Virus record (IMG/VR): IMGVR_UViG_3300045988_087270
Location: 1-64,000 of that record
Length of the DNA stretch: 64,000 nucleotides
Source: a virus
Direction: 5' to 3' (one strand)
Below the pieces are notes generated by a model, which saw nothing but the letters and a program-made list of their open reading frames with translations, had not been told where the DNA came from and did not search any database. Of the stretch, positions 27,768 through 37,623 are shown piece by piece. Numbering within the stretch: the stretch's first letter is position 1; each line of letters begins with the position of its first letter. A program made the translations under genes and the position numbers.

Positions 27768-28778
27768 ATGGAATTAGATTTTTCTTATAAACCAGACATT
27801 ACTAAGGACTACTTACTTAAATATAACACAGAGGAAGCCTATATGGAATATTATCTTGGAGTAAAAGTTTCAAAAAAATTAATTTGTAATCCTTTACGTA
27901 AAGATAAAAATCCTACGGCTTCCTTTTTTCGTAACTCTAAAGGAGAACTTATATTCCATGATTTTAATGGAAGCTTTTATGGAAACTTTATATCTGTAGT
28001 TATGACTAAATATGCTTGTAAATACCATCAAGCATTAGACATTATAGCTAAAGATTTTGGCTTATTAAAAGGACCAAATAATTATCATTCTGTAATACAA
28101 TCAAGTATTTCGTTCGTTAAAACTAATGAGCCAGCAGATATACGAGTAGAAATAAAAGATTTTTCAGAAGATGAATTAAAATGGTGGGGTAAGCAAGGAG
28201 TTTCTTTAGAATTACTAAATAAATATAAAGTATATTCTTGTCGTACTGTATTTTTAAATGGTAATATTCAAACTATAAAGACCAAAGATAACTTTATCTT
28301 CGGGTATTATGGTGGAACAATGAAAGGTAAAGAATTGTGGAGAATTTATTATCCTAAACGTAAGGAATATAGATTTCTAACAAATTGGCCCTCTAAAAAG
28401 GTTCAAGGTTATAGTCAGTTACCTAAAAAAGGTAATTTATTAGTTATAACTAAAAGTATGAAGGATACTATGTGTTTAAGAGGTTTAGGTGTAACAGCTT
28501 GTGCTCCAAATAGTGAGACACAATGGTTATCTGAAAATATGTTAAGTGATTTAAAAGGAAGATTTACTTATATAGTAACTTTTTATGATAATGATAGACC
28601 TGGAATGTTTAATATGGCTAAGATAAGAAGAAATCATCCAGAATTACTTTATTTCTTTATACCTCATAAATTCAAAGTAAAAGATATAAGTGATTTTTAT
28701 AAAAAATATGGTCGACAGAATACTTTAAAATTTATAAAGTATTATATAAAAAAATTAAGTAACTATGTCAAAAAGTAA
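27768..28778 (+). CDS. DNA primase (TOPRIM domain)
   Basis: LLVITKSMKDTMCLRGLGV...TFYDNDRPG TOPRIM acidic motifs. Confidence 0.55.
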   Translation: MELDFSYKPDITKDYLLKYNTEEAYMEYYLGVKVSKKLICNPLRKDKNPTASFFRNSKGELIFHDFNGSFYGNFISVVMTKYACKYHQALDIIAKDFGLLKGPNNYHSVIQSSISFVKTNEPADIRVEIKDFSEDELKWWGKQGVSLELLNKYKVYSCRTVFLNGNIQTIKTKDNFIFGYYGGTMKGKELWRIYYPKRKEYRFLTNWPSKKVQGYSQLPKKGNLLVITKSMKDTMCLRGLGVTACAPNSETQWLSENMLSDLKGRFTYIVTFYDNDRPGMFNMAKIRRNHPELLYFFIPHKFKVKDISDFYKKYGRQNTLKFIKYYIKKLSNYVKK

Positions 28779-28824
28779 TTAGAATCTGAATACTGCTATT
28801 AGGATAACATATAAGAACGGCGAT

Positions 28825-29334
28825 GTGCACGATTATTCATCTATAGAAGAATGCTCTGAAAAAACTAAGATAAGTCAAGCAGCTCTTAAAATTAGATGTA
28901 ATAAATCTGGAAAAATGGCTGATGGCACTTTATATGAATGGATAGATAGTCATACTAAGAAAAGTTATCAAGCTAAAAAGTCTAGAAATAAAGGAAGTGC
29001 ATGGGAAGCAGATATAATTCATCATCTTAGAGATATGGGATATACTGAGTGCGTAAGTGCTAGAGGAGAAAGTAAGTTTACAGACAATAATAAAGTTGAT
29101 ATAATTGATAGGTCTGGAAAATTACCTATAAATATTCAAGCAAAACATACTGCTAATACTCCAGCATATTTTAAGATAGAAGATGCTTGTCCATATAAGG
29201 ATAAGTCATTTGTATTATGCTGGAAGAAAGCTCCGACAGAAGGTAGTGTTAGTCCAGGAGCAATAGCAATGGTTCCTATGGATTTCTTTTATACCTTATT
29301 AGAATGTTATTCTAAAAGTAATAATTTAATATGA
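28825..29334 (+). CDS. hypothetical protein
   Basis: 169 aa. Confidence 0.5.
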   Translation: MHDYSSIEECSEKTKISQAALKIRCNKSGKMADGTLYEWIDSHTKKSYQAKKSRNKGSAWEADIIHHLRDMGYTECVSARGESKFTDNNKVDIIDRSGKLPINIQAKHTANTPAYFKIEDACPYKDKSFVLCWKKAPTEGSVSPGAIAMVPMDFFYTLLECYSKSNNLI

Positions 29335-29519
29335 GAGAGCTATTAATCTTAGGAGTAATAGATTTTATAATAAGTACAATATTAATTTTACTTAAGATTT
29401 TTGGAATATTATTATGGAGTTGGGTAACATTAGCAGTGATAATATTTTTATCACTTCCAATCGCCATGATGATAATATTTATTATTATAATGATAATTAT
29501 ATACAACAATACCAAATGA
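29331..29519 (+). CDS. small membrane protein
   Basis: Two long hydrophobic helices. Confidence 0.4.
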   Translation: MRELLILGVIDFIISTILILLKIFGILLWSWVTLAVIIFLSLPIAMMIIFIIIMIIIYNNTK

Positions 29520-29761
29520 ATAATTATATTTTTGCAATTTGTCAGAGTAACAAAAATAAACTTCATAAGTTAACTGCCTCTTCATATGAAGAAGCTGTTG
29601 AAAAGGCTAAAGAAGAAATTGATAAGTACTTAAATTTAGATGATGATACATATGCTATTCTTGATAATAATGATAGCTGGATAAATATCAGAGCTGAATT
29701 GGCTAAGAAAGGTATTGGGATAACATATATAAGAGACATTGAAGAATTATTTAATCTATGA
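29516..29761 (+). CDS. hypothetical protein
   Basis: Internal ATG (MNNYIFAICQ...) of track ORF 29414-29761 avoids the overlap with the membrane-protein ORF. Confidence 0.4.
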   Translation: MNNYIFAICQSNKNKLHKLTASSYEEAVEKAKEEIDKYLNLDDDTYAILDNNDSWINIRAELAKKGIGITYIRDIEELFNL

Positions 29762-30294
29762 AATTAAGAATTGGTCTAGATTTAGATGATACATTAAATG
29801 AGTTTATGAATCCGTATTTAAAAAGATTTGGGTATCCTAAGTCTGATGGAGAAATAACAAAAAATGTACAACGAGTTTTAATAAAAGACAGAGAATGGTG
29901 GATAAATCTTCCAATAAAAAATAAAATAAACTTTATACCTGAATTATATTGTACTAAAAGAGTATGTAATAAAGATTATAGTAAAACATGGTTAAAGAAT
30001 AATGGGTATCCCAATAGACCTATCTATCAAATTTTGTATCAGCGTGCTAATAAAGCTCGATATATAAAAGGTAGAGTTGATATTTTTATTGACGATTCTG
30101 TTAGTAATTTTATTCAGATGAATTTAGCAGGATTACCTTGCTTATTAATAGCTTCTGAGTCTAATGAGAAATGGGGTCCTTATGGTAAGATTTATAGTTT
30201 AGATAAAGAAGAGATAGAATATGGGTATGAATGTATAAAAGAGTCGGAAGACTTTAATAATTATTTACGTGAAATTAAGTCAAATTTCTATTAA
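29758..30294 (+). CDS. HAD-family phosphatase (5'-nucleotidase-like)
   Basis: N-terminal DxDxT motif GLDLDDTL. Confidence 0.5.
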   Translation: MKLRIGLDLDDTLNEFMNPYLKRFGYPKSDGEITKNVQRVLIKDREWWINLPIKNKINFIPELYCTKRVCNKDYSKTWLKNNGYPNRPIYQILYQRANKARYIKGRVDIFIDDSVSNFIQMNLAGLPCLLIASESNEKWGPYGKIYSLDKEEIEYGYECIKESEDFNNYLREIKSNFY

Positions 30295-31315
30295 ACCTCT
30301 AATAGAGACTTTAAGAGTTGAAGATATTGATGACAATACTTATTTCTCAGAAAAGTATAATAATTATATCTCAAACTCTAGATTATCTAAGATAAATCCA
30401 GATCAAGATGGTTCTCCAACAGAGTTCTTTGATAATTGGGGTAAGACTAAGTTAAATACAACTAGCTTGGAATTTGGTAGTTGGTTACATACTCTAGTTT
30501 TACAACCTAATGACTTCTTTCTAACAAACGTTAGCAGACCTACTGCTAAAATGGGGTCAATGGCAGATTATATTTATAAGAAAACACAAGGTGTCAATGT
30601 TACTAATGATATTATATTAGAAGCATCTGATAAATGTGATTATTATAAAGATAAAATGTCAGATAAAAAAATAGAAAAAGTATTAGCAGACTGCACTCAG
30701 TACTGGTATGATAGAAAAGCTTTTGAAAAAGAAAATAATGATACTAGAACACCAATATTTACAGATCCTAAAAATCATGCTAAACTGAAAGTCTGTCTAG
30801 AATCTTTAGATAGTGATACACAAATTCAATCTTTACTAAACCCTGAAGGATTACTAGAACAACCAATTATTGGTAATGAGATAGCTTTCCTTATAGATGT
30901 TTTAGTAGAGGCTCCAGAGCATAAACCTTTTATACTAAAAATTAAGTCAAAACTTGATAATTATAGTATAGATAAAGAAGAAGGAATAATCACTGTAAAT
31001 GATTTAAAAACCACAGGAGATTTGATAAATAATTTTGCTAAAGGAGCTCTTATTAAATATCACTATTATAGAGAAATGGCTTTATATAGTTGGTTATTAA
31101 CTATGGCTGCTAAGAAGAATTATAACATTGAGAATCCTAAAATTAGAAGTAATTTCTTAGTAGTAGAAACTATTCCAAATTTTAATACTAAAGTAGTTCC
31201 TATGACTAGAGAACTTTTTAATAAAGGATTTAAAGAGTTTACTTATCTTCTTAAATTAGTAGCATTCTATTGTATGCATGGTTATGAGGGATTCGGAATT
31301 ACTCAAGAGACCTGA
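30269..31315 (+). CDS. hypothetical protein (possible nuclease)
   Basis: 348 aa; no firm motif. Confidence 0.45.
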   Translation: MKLSQISIKPLIETLRVEDIDDNTYFSEKYNNYISNSRLSKINPDQDGSPTEFFDNWGKTKLNTTSLEFGSWLHTLVLQPNDFFLTNVSRPTAKMGSMADYIYKKTQGVNVTNDIILEASDKCDYYKDKMSDKKIEKVLADCTQYWYDRKAFEKENNDTRTPIFTDPKNHAKLKVCLESLDSDTQIQSLLNPEGLLEQPIIGNEIAFLIDVLVEAPEHKPFILKIKSKLDNYSIDKEEGIITVNDLKTTGDLINNFAKGALIKYHYYREMALYSWLLTMAAKKNYNIENPKIRSNFLVVETIPNFNTKVVPMTRELFNKGFKEFTYLLKLVAFYCMHGYEGFGITQET

Positions 31316-31637
31316 TTATACTAAACTTTCTGATTTATATCGTAAATACTTTAGTTTAGGGTCTTTAGGGGAAAGTATAAATTTAAAATTTGCACTTATA
31401 TCATTACTTGGATATATGGTAAATTCTATGAAGAAGAAAAAACCTGGAACTACTTATTATGAAGTAACTGCTAAATTAGCAGAAAAAACAGGTCTTGATG
31501 AAGATACAATACAAGCTATTGCTATTATCACTGAGGATTTTTCATATGGATGTACTGATTTTCCAACATTTGGTGTGCAACCAAAAGATATGCCAACAAA
31601 AATAAGAGAATTAATGGGAAAATTTCTTCCATTCTAA
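31278..31637 (+). CDS. hypothetical protein
   Basis: 119 aa. Confidence 0.45.
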   Translation: MVMRDSELLKRPDYTKLSDLYRKYFSLGSLGESINLKFALISLLGYMVNSMKKKKPGTTYYEVTAKLAEKTGLDEDTIQAIAIITEDFSYGCTDFPTFGVQPKDMPTKIRELMGKFLPF

Positions 31638-31745
31638 AAAAATTAATTTTTTTATAATTTTCTTTTTGGAGGCAAGAAATATAGATTATATTAGCATTAC
31701 AAAGATTAAGAGAAATATCGCAGATGATTTTGATAATAAGAATTA

Positions 31746-32411
31746 ATGTTAATATATTTTTTGAAAATGAGTGAAATTTTTAATTTTAAGAGTTTTGAAG
31801 TAAGTGCAGAAACAAAGGAAGCAGCAGTAGCACAGGTAGAGAAAGAGAATTTCCATATTAATGGTGATGCAACACAGGCATGGAAGAAGTTCCATGAGAA
31901 GAATGCTAAAGTAACTTCTAATGATGAGAAGGAATTTAAGCTGGAGTATTTGAAGAAAAAGACTAAGAATGCTCCTGGTAGTGGTTTTATTGTAACTCTT
32001 TCTAGTGCTGTTGTAAGTACACGTGAGCGTCCTTGGAAGGTTGTTGATATTAAGACTGAGGGTAAGCGTGATACTCAGAAGAAGTTTGATTTGGTAGACC
32101 ACGATACAAAGGAAGTACTGAAGACTTTGAAGTCTGAGCGTGTAAAGAACGAAAAGGCTGGTGAGCCAATTCTTGATAAGGATGGTAACGATACTGGTCG
32201 TGTTGAACCAGATACAAAGGTTATTCGTCCTACTAAGACCGCAGCTAAGGAAATGGCTAAGGAACTTATTAAGAAGGGCTTTAAAGGTCAGATCGATATC
32301 GTTCAGGGTAAGGAGTCTATTGGTTCTGACCCAGTAGTAGCTACTGTAACTTATACTCCATCTAAGAGTACTAAGAATGGTCGCTATATGTTCTTTGGTT
32401 TGGAATTTTAA
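31746..32411 (+). CDS. Lys/Glu-rich hypothetical protein
   Basis: 221 aa; followed by a tandem 17-nt repeat and a terminator. Confidence 0.5.
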   Translation: MLIYFLKMSEIFNFKSFEVSAETKEAAVAQVEKENFHINGDATQAWKKFHEKNAKVTSNDEKEFKLEYLKKKTKNAPGSGFIVTLSSAVVSTRERPWKVVDIKTEGKRDTQKKFDLVDHDTKEVLKTLKSERVKNEKAGEPILDKDGNDTGRVEPDTKVIRPTKTAAKEMAKELIKKGFKGQIDIVQGKESIGSDPVVATVTYTPSKSTKNGRYMFFGLEF

Positions 32412-32446
32412 TTACATTCATAATTTTAATTACATTCATAATTTTT
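32408..32446 (+). repeat. tandem direct repeat (2 x aattacattcataattt)
   Basis: Exact duplication straddling the stop codon. Confidence 0.5.
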
Positions 32447-32452
32447 AAAGTA

Positions 32453-32486
32453 AGGCAGGTGCTCGTGAGAGTATCTGCCTTTTTTA
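32453..32486 (+). terminator. intrinsic terminator
   Basis: aggcag...ctgcct stem followed by TTTTTT. Confidence 0.55.
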
Positions 32487-32559
32487 ATTTTAGATATCTT
32501 TATTTTACTAGATACTTTTATTTATAAAGGCGTAACAGCTATCTAATTTTTAAAAAAGT

Positions 32560-33786
32560 ATGAAACAAACAACAAAATCTTCTTATATTAAGTTCTTCAA
32601 TGATGCAATTAATAATAATCGTTCTTTAAAAGATCAATGTATTATATCAGAAAAAAATATAAATACTGTATATATGACAATGAAAAATCTTAGAAAGAAA
32701 GAAAATAAAGATGAAGATGATAAGAAGATATTGGAATTATATGACAGACTAAAGAATACTAAGAAAAAAGAAGTAAAAAAAGATACAGATAATGCTTCTA
32801 ATACTTGGGAAATAAGAGACGAAGAGACTGGTAAAATTACTGGATATAAGTTTGAGATTTTCAGAAGAAATAAGCCCGCAATCACAGGAGTCTTTACTAG
32901 AAACGAAATGAATAGTGTATATAGAATGTATACCTATTACGGTTCTGGTTTAACCCAGCAGATTGTCAGCAGATATTTCCCAGACTATTCTCTTATTGAC
33001 TTTAAAAGAATTTTACGAGCTTTTAATATTACTAAAGCATCCTCTCCATTTGCTCCTCATATGTATGAAGAATATACTGAGGATGAATTAAAAGAAATGC
33101 ATCTTAGAGAAAAAGAAAATGATTTCTTAAAAAGAATAGAGAAAGATGAAGTAAAGGATTTAAGAGCTTTAGTTACTAAGTTGACTAAGAAAACTTCTAA
33201 GTCTTTAAATAAGGAACTTATAGAAACTACTATTAAAAATACAGTAAAGGATTATAAAGAACTTCCAGTAAATATTAATAATAAAGAAACAAAATATCCT
33301 GATTTAATTATATGGTTATCTGATTTACATATCGGAGCTTATAATGCTAAGTATAGTAGTTTTGTACAGTTACCTTCTTATGATGTTCCAGAAATTAAAT
33401 CTAGATTATCTAGAATTGTAGAATCTTTTGTTGGACAAGAATATCATTCTGTATATGTAGTTAATCTTGGAGATTCTATTGATGGGTTCAATAAAGAAAC
33501 TACTAGAGGAGGTCATGAACTTCCTGAGATTCTTGATAATAAAGAAATTAGTGAAGCATTTATAGAATGTATGATGGAGTTCTTTGCTACTCTTACAGTA
33601 AAAGTAAAAAGCAAAGATTTTAATTATCTTTCTATAGGAGAATCTAATCATGGTGGGGATTTTGAATGGTTAAATCAAAAACTTTTAGCTGCGTATTTAA
33701 CTAAATATAATGTTAAGAGTTATATTAGTAATTATCCTATTGATAACTTTATTATTGGAGATCATCAATTCCTGTATGCTCACGGT
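32560..33786 (+). CDS. calcineurin-like metallophosphoesterase, exon 1 (ends ...FLYAHG)
   Basis: DLHIG, LGDSIDG and ESNHG motifs. The frame stops right after GGT(33786). Joining to AAA(35059) continues KDNNSQ... with the downstream GDLH and GHTK motifs. Confidence 0.55.
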
Positions 33787-33853
33787 AGAGTTTTGTAATA
33801 AATTTTAACATATTTTAATTATTATATTTCCGTGGAAGAGTTATAATACTCTC

Positions 33854-34906
33854 ATGGAAATATTAAATAATTTTTTAAATTCAGAATTAAAGCTAACTGC
33901 TTTTTGTAAAGCTAATAAAGTTAGCCGAGATTATTTAGAGCAATTATTAAAAGATAATAGCTATTCTTATAGTGTATATTTAACGGGTATAACTATTAAG
34001 AATTTAAATTTAGCTATAAAAGATTATATTAATTCTGATGCAGGATTACGTGCTTCCGCTATAAAATATAATATTGGAACACAAACTTTAAAAGCTCATT
34101 TAGTAACTTTAAATCTTTATAATCCTAATAAAAAGGGTAAAAAAGAAAAATCTTACAATGAACATTTTTTTGACAGTATAGACACTGAAGAAAAAGCTTA
34201 TTGGTTAGGATTTATATTTGCTGATGGTTATATTTATAGTTCCCCTCTAGATACATCCAAAGAAAGGATAGATTGGAACTTTGAACTATGTGCTAAAGGG
34301 GATGACAAAGAACATATGGAAAAATTTGCAAAAGCTATTGGATACAATAAAGAATTACATGTTACTAAAGCTGATAAATATGGACATACTAGATGTAGAG
34401 TATGTTTATCCAGTGAAATTTTATGGAAACAACTAAATTCTTTAGGATGTACTCCTAGAAAGAGTTTAACATTAAAATTTCCTGATGAAAGTATTTTTAA
34501 ATCCAAAGATTTAATTAGACATTTCATTAGAGGTTATTTTGATGGTGATGGATGTATTAGCTATGCTAATAAAGAACATACTATTCCAGTATATCAAATA
34601 CTTGGAACTAAAGAGTTTTTAAAGGTTATTATAAGTTATTTAAATATAGAAGAAACTTTATTTCATAATCATAATAATAAAAAAGAAGTTACTATGTATA
34701 TACAGGCTTCTAATAGAAAGGCTATGTATGTATTACATAAATTATATGATAATTGCTCAATCTATTTAAATAGAAAATATGAAAGATTTATTTATTTTTG
34801 CCGTATATTTGAGAAATCAAATATGTTAAAACAAACCAATATCGGTGAAAGCTGTGATGCTAATACCGAGATAACTACAGAAACTAAAGAGTCTGCAGCA
34901 TCGTAG
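33854..34906 (+). CDS. LAGLIDADG homing endonuclease (intron-encoded, intact)
   Basis: YWLGFIFADGYIYSS and RGYFDGDGCISYA motifs; full-length homolog of the HE at 5185-6237. Confidence 0.7.
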   Translation: MEILNNFLNSELKLTAFCKANKVSRDYLEQLLKDNSYSYSVYLTGITIKNLNLAIKDYINSDAGLRASAIKYNIGTQTLKAHLVTLNLYNPNKKGKKEKSYNEHFFDSIDTEEKAYWLGFIFADGYIYSSPLDTSKERIDWNFELCAKGDDKEHMEKFAKAIGYNKELHVTKADKYGHTRCRVCLSSEILWKQLNSLGCTPRKSLTLKFPDESIFKSKDLIRHFIRGYFDGDGCISYANKEHTIPVYQILGTKEFLKVIISYLNIEETLFHNHNNKKEVTMYIQASNRKAMYVLHKLYDNCSIYLNRKYERFIYFCRIFEKSNMLKQTNIGESCDANTEITTETKESAAS

Positions 34907-35015
34907 AGCGTAGAACTTGAACCTGAGAAATCAGAATAAAATAGTTCCAAGAGTGGTTTGCCCTCAGCACGTAAAGGTGGAGGTGAATATGTACGCCGAG
35001 CTATAGTAAATAAGA

Positions 35016-35058
35016 AACTATAGAAATACAGATAAAAAGCTGTATGATAACAAAACTG
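35016..35058 (+). repeat. conserved intron 3' terminal element, copy 2 of 3
   Basis: ctatagaaatacagataaaaagctgtatgataacaaaactg. Confidence 0.7.
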
Positions 35059-35358
35059 AAAGATAATAATTCTCAAACTAGACAATTTCCTCTTACTTTA
35101 AATCCTCAGACTGAATTATTCTTTGCTAATTATATAGCAGAAAAAGGTATATGTAGTCCTCATATTTATGTAGTAAAAGGTGATTTACATAATTATGCTT
35201 ATACTACTGGTAAACAGTTTGATTATATTTCAGTAGGTAGTATGTATGGTAGTAGTAATTATATTACAGCTAACTTTGGACATACTAAATGGAGTATTAA
35301 TTATACTATTGTAAAAGATAAAGATATTTTGATGGGAACTATTAAAGGAAATAATTAA
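35059..35358 (+). CDS. calcineurin-like metallophosphoesterase, exon 2
   Basis: Begins KDNNSQ...; carries the VVKGDLH and FGHTKW phosphoesterase motifs. The track ORF 35044 includes 15 nt of intron. Confidence 0.55.
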   Translation, partial: KDNNSQTRQFPLTLNPQTELFFANYIAEKGICSPHIYVVKGDLHNYAYTTGKQFDYISVGSMYGSSNYITANFGHTKWSINYTIVKDKDILMGTIKGNN

Positions 35359-35627
35359 TGAGAGACATAAGACTCCCAGAAACATCTGATAAATTTATAG
35401 ATGTTTCTGATATAACTGAGAATATTTCTGGTATTATTTTAGCATATAAATATAATAAACCAGTTGGATTCATTGCGTATGATGATGAAAATAAAGAATG
35501 GGAATATTTTGATGATATCACTATAGATTGTAGTTATAAATGTAATGAAAATTTAACAAAATTACTAAAAGCTATAATGTCAAGTAATTATGCAGATAGT
35601 TTTAAATTAGTCGATTTTGGAAAATGA
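35358..35627 (+). CDS. hypothetical protein, tandem paralog family member 1
   Basis: Shares ID..ITxN..GIIxAYK...VG.I.Y.....W.YF.D with 35624-35908 and 36515-36751. Confidence 0.5.
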   Translation: MRDIRLPETSDKFIDVSDITENISGIILAYKYNKPVGFIAYDDENKEWEYFDDITIDCSYKCNENLTKLLKAIMSSNYADSFKLVDFGK

Positions 35628-35908
35628 AATATATTACTATTCCTAAAAGTAGTGAACTCACTATAGACTTAGCAGCTATTACTAATAATTATAAAGGTAT
35701 AATTATCGCTTATAAAGAAGGTATGGCTGTAGGAAGCATTTCATATTGTTCAGATACCGATCTGTGGTATTTTTGTGACAATATAGATTATGAGCAATTT
35801 GAAACATGTAAAGGTACATTATTAGAATTAATCAATGAATTAATAGATACTAAACATATAGCAGATAATTTTAGATTATTAGAATTTTATACTAACGACA
35901 ATGATTAG
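35624..35908 (+). CDS. hypothetical protein, tandem paralog family member 2
   Basis: See previous entry. Confidence 0.5.
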   Translation: MKYITIPKSSELTIDLAAITNNYKGIIIAYKEGMAVGSISYCSDTDLWYFCDNIDYEQFETCKGTLLELINELIDTKHIADNFRLLEFYTNDND

Positions 35909-36521
35909 CAGAGAAGACGTTTTACAGGAAGCTTTACATAAGTGTTTTGTAGAAATGTATAAATGGGCACAGCCTTCTATAGATTTGGATGAGCTTATTA
36001 AGAATGGATTTAAAGACACTAAAGAAGATCCATTATATGCTAGACATTATTTATCTCAAGATAATTTTAAATATATCAGAGATACTTATATGTATGCATA
36101 TGGTATTAAAGATACTTGGGATGATACTTTTGAATTATTAATTAAGCAACTCTTAGAAGGAGGTATAGAAGATGACTATAAAGAAGCTACTCCTGATAGA
36201 CCTGCTTATAGAGATTATAAGAAAGTTCTTCCATTAAAAGAAGTTATTTCTTGTCCAGGAGAAGTTAATACTATTATTGATTATATAAAGAAATGTCAAA
36301 ACTTTTATAAAGGACATTGTTATGAAACTAATCAGTTCTCTTGTAGTATTGCATTAGGTCCTAGTCCTAATTGTAATGCAAAACATGTTACAGAATATTG
36401 GCATAGCCATGGAAAGCCAGAGTTTAAAATAGTAGAATATAATCTCTCAGATGTTATTTACAGAGATGGAGACTTTGAAGAAGTATCTGATGAAGAATTT
36501 CTCGCTACATTAAAATGGTAA
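35901..36521 (+). CDS. hypothetical protein
   Basis: 206 aa. Confidence 0.5.
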   Translation: MISREDVLQEALHKCFVEMYKWAQPSIDLDELIKNGFKDTKEDPLYARHYLSQDNFKYIRDTYMYAYGIKDTWDDTFELLIKQLLEGGIEDDYKEATPDRPAYRDYKKVLPLKEVISCPGEVNTIIDYIKKCQNFYKGHCYETNQFSCSIALGPSPNCNAKHVTEYWHSHGKPEFKIVEYNLSDVIYRDGDFEEVSDEEFLATLKW

Positions 36522-36751
36522 CTAATGACATTACTAAAGATAACAAAACACTACTTATCTGCTATAAAAATTCATATCCCTGTGGGCAAATATTATATAA
36601 CGGGAGTAAGTGGATATATATTACTAGTGTAGATATAAATAAAATTAATTATGCGGAAGATACTCCTCATAATTTAGTACAAAAATTATTAGATAAAGAA
36701 ATTATTGATAACATAATGTTTTTCACATACAATGGAGAGAATGCCAACTGA
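36515..36751 (+). CDS. hypothetical protein, paralog family member 3
   Basis: ITKDNKTLLICYKNSYPCGQILYNGSKWIY matches the family pattern. Confidence 0.45.
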   Translation: MVTNDITKDNKTLLICYKNSYPCGQILYNGSKWIYITSVDINKINYAEDTPHNLVQKLLDKEIIDNIMFFTYNGENAN

Positions 36752-37526
36752 ATTTACTTTAGAAGAAGTATTAGAAGGAAAAGCTACTAGTATTAAAGGT
36801 AAAGATTATCTTCCTACTAGGGGATATATTGAGCCTTTCTTAGAAAGAGTTCAAAAATTAACTTCTGATATTAGAGTACATGTAAAATTACCTGATCAAA
36901 TCACTTATAATAAAAATGGTGATATAGATACTGCTGATTTAACTTTTAATAGAGTATGGTTGGAAGCAGTATTACCAAACGAATATCAATATGCTAATCA
37001 TCAGCAAGTAATTGGTATGGTATATGGTCTAGATACTAGAAAAGCTGTTGTAAAAATGTATTCAGGTGCTTTAAATTCTGCATGTACGAACCTTTGTGTG
37101 TTTAATCCAGATAGTTTAGTAGTTAATGAAATAGAACCAGAGACTCCTATTGACTTTAAACCAATTATAAGACTTGTAGAGCAAACCACAGAGATAGGAG
37201 TTACTCTCAGACGTTTTGCAGAAACAGATTTTGACTATACCAATAAAAGTTTTGTAAACGAACATTTGGGTAGATGGATTCGTAACTGTATGTCTGAATC
37301 TGTTGATAATGGTTTTGGTAAAGTAAAATTAGCTACATCAACTCCTATTGATGCTTATAAATTATTATTTGATAAAAAAGATAGCCCATATCTTATATCA
37401 GATGATAACGCAAATATGTTTACTGTATACAATGCATTCACTCAAATTATAACTGATTCTATGAAAAAGGATATTATGAATCAGGTTGAGAAAACTTTAT
37501 TAGTAAACAGCATTTTAACTTTGTAA
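36732..37526 (+). CDS. hypothetical protein
   Basis: 264 aa. Confidence 0.5.
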   Translation: MERMPTEFTLEEVLEGKATSIKGKDYLPTRGYIEPFLERVQKLTSDIRVHVKLPDQITYNKNGDIDTADLTFNRVWLEAVLPNEYQYANHQQVIGMVYGLDTRKAVVKMYSGALNSACTNLCVFNPDSLVVNEIEPETPIDFKPIIRLVEQTTEIGVTLRRFAETDFDYTNKSFVNEHLGRWIRNCMSESVDNGFGKVKLATSTPIDAYKLLFDKKDSPYLISDDNANMFTVYNAFTQIITDSMKKDIMNQVEKTLLVNSILTL

Positions 37527-37623
37527 ATAATATTTTGAAATAACTATATAAGCACTATATTATTAGTTCAGTACTAGTATTATAGTGCTTATTTCGTAGA
37601 TGATTTAAAATGTTAATTTATAA

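Larger units (their letters stand above)
33787..35058 (+). mobile_element. self-splicing intron (probable group I) with LAGLIDADG ORF at GGT^AAA of the metallophosphoesterase
   Basis: Same 3' domain as the intron at 5077-6387; hairpin 35026-35045 atacag/ctgtat covaries with atatag/ctatat; U/G boundary nucleotides. Confidence 0.6.
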
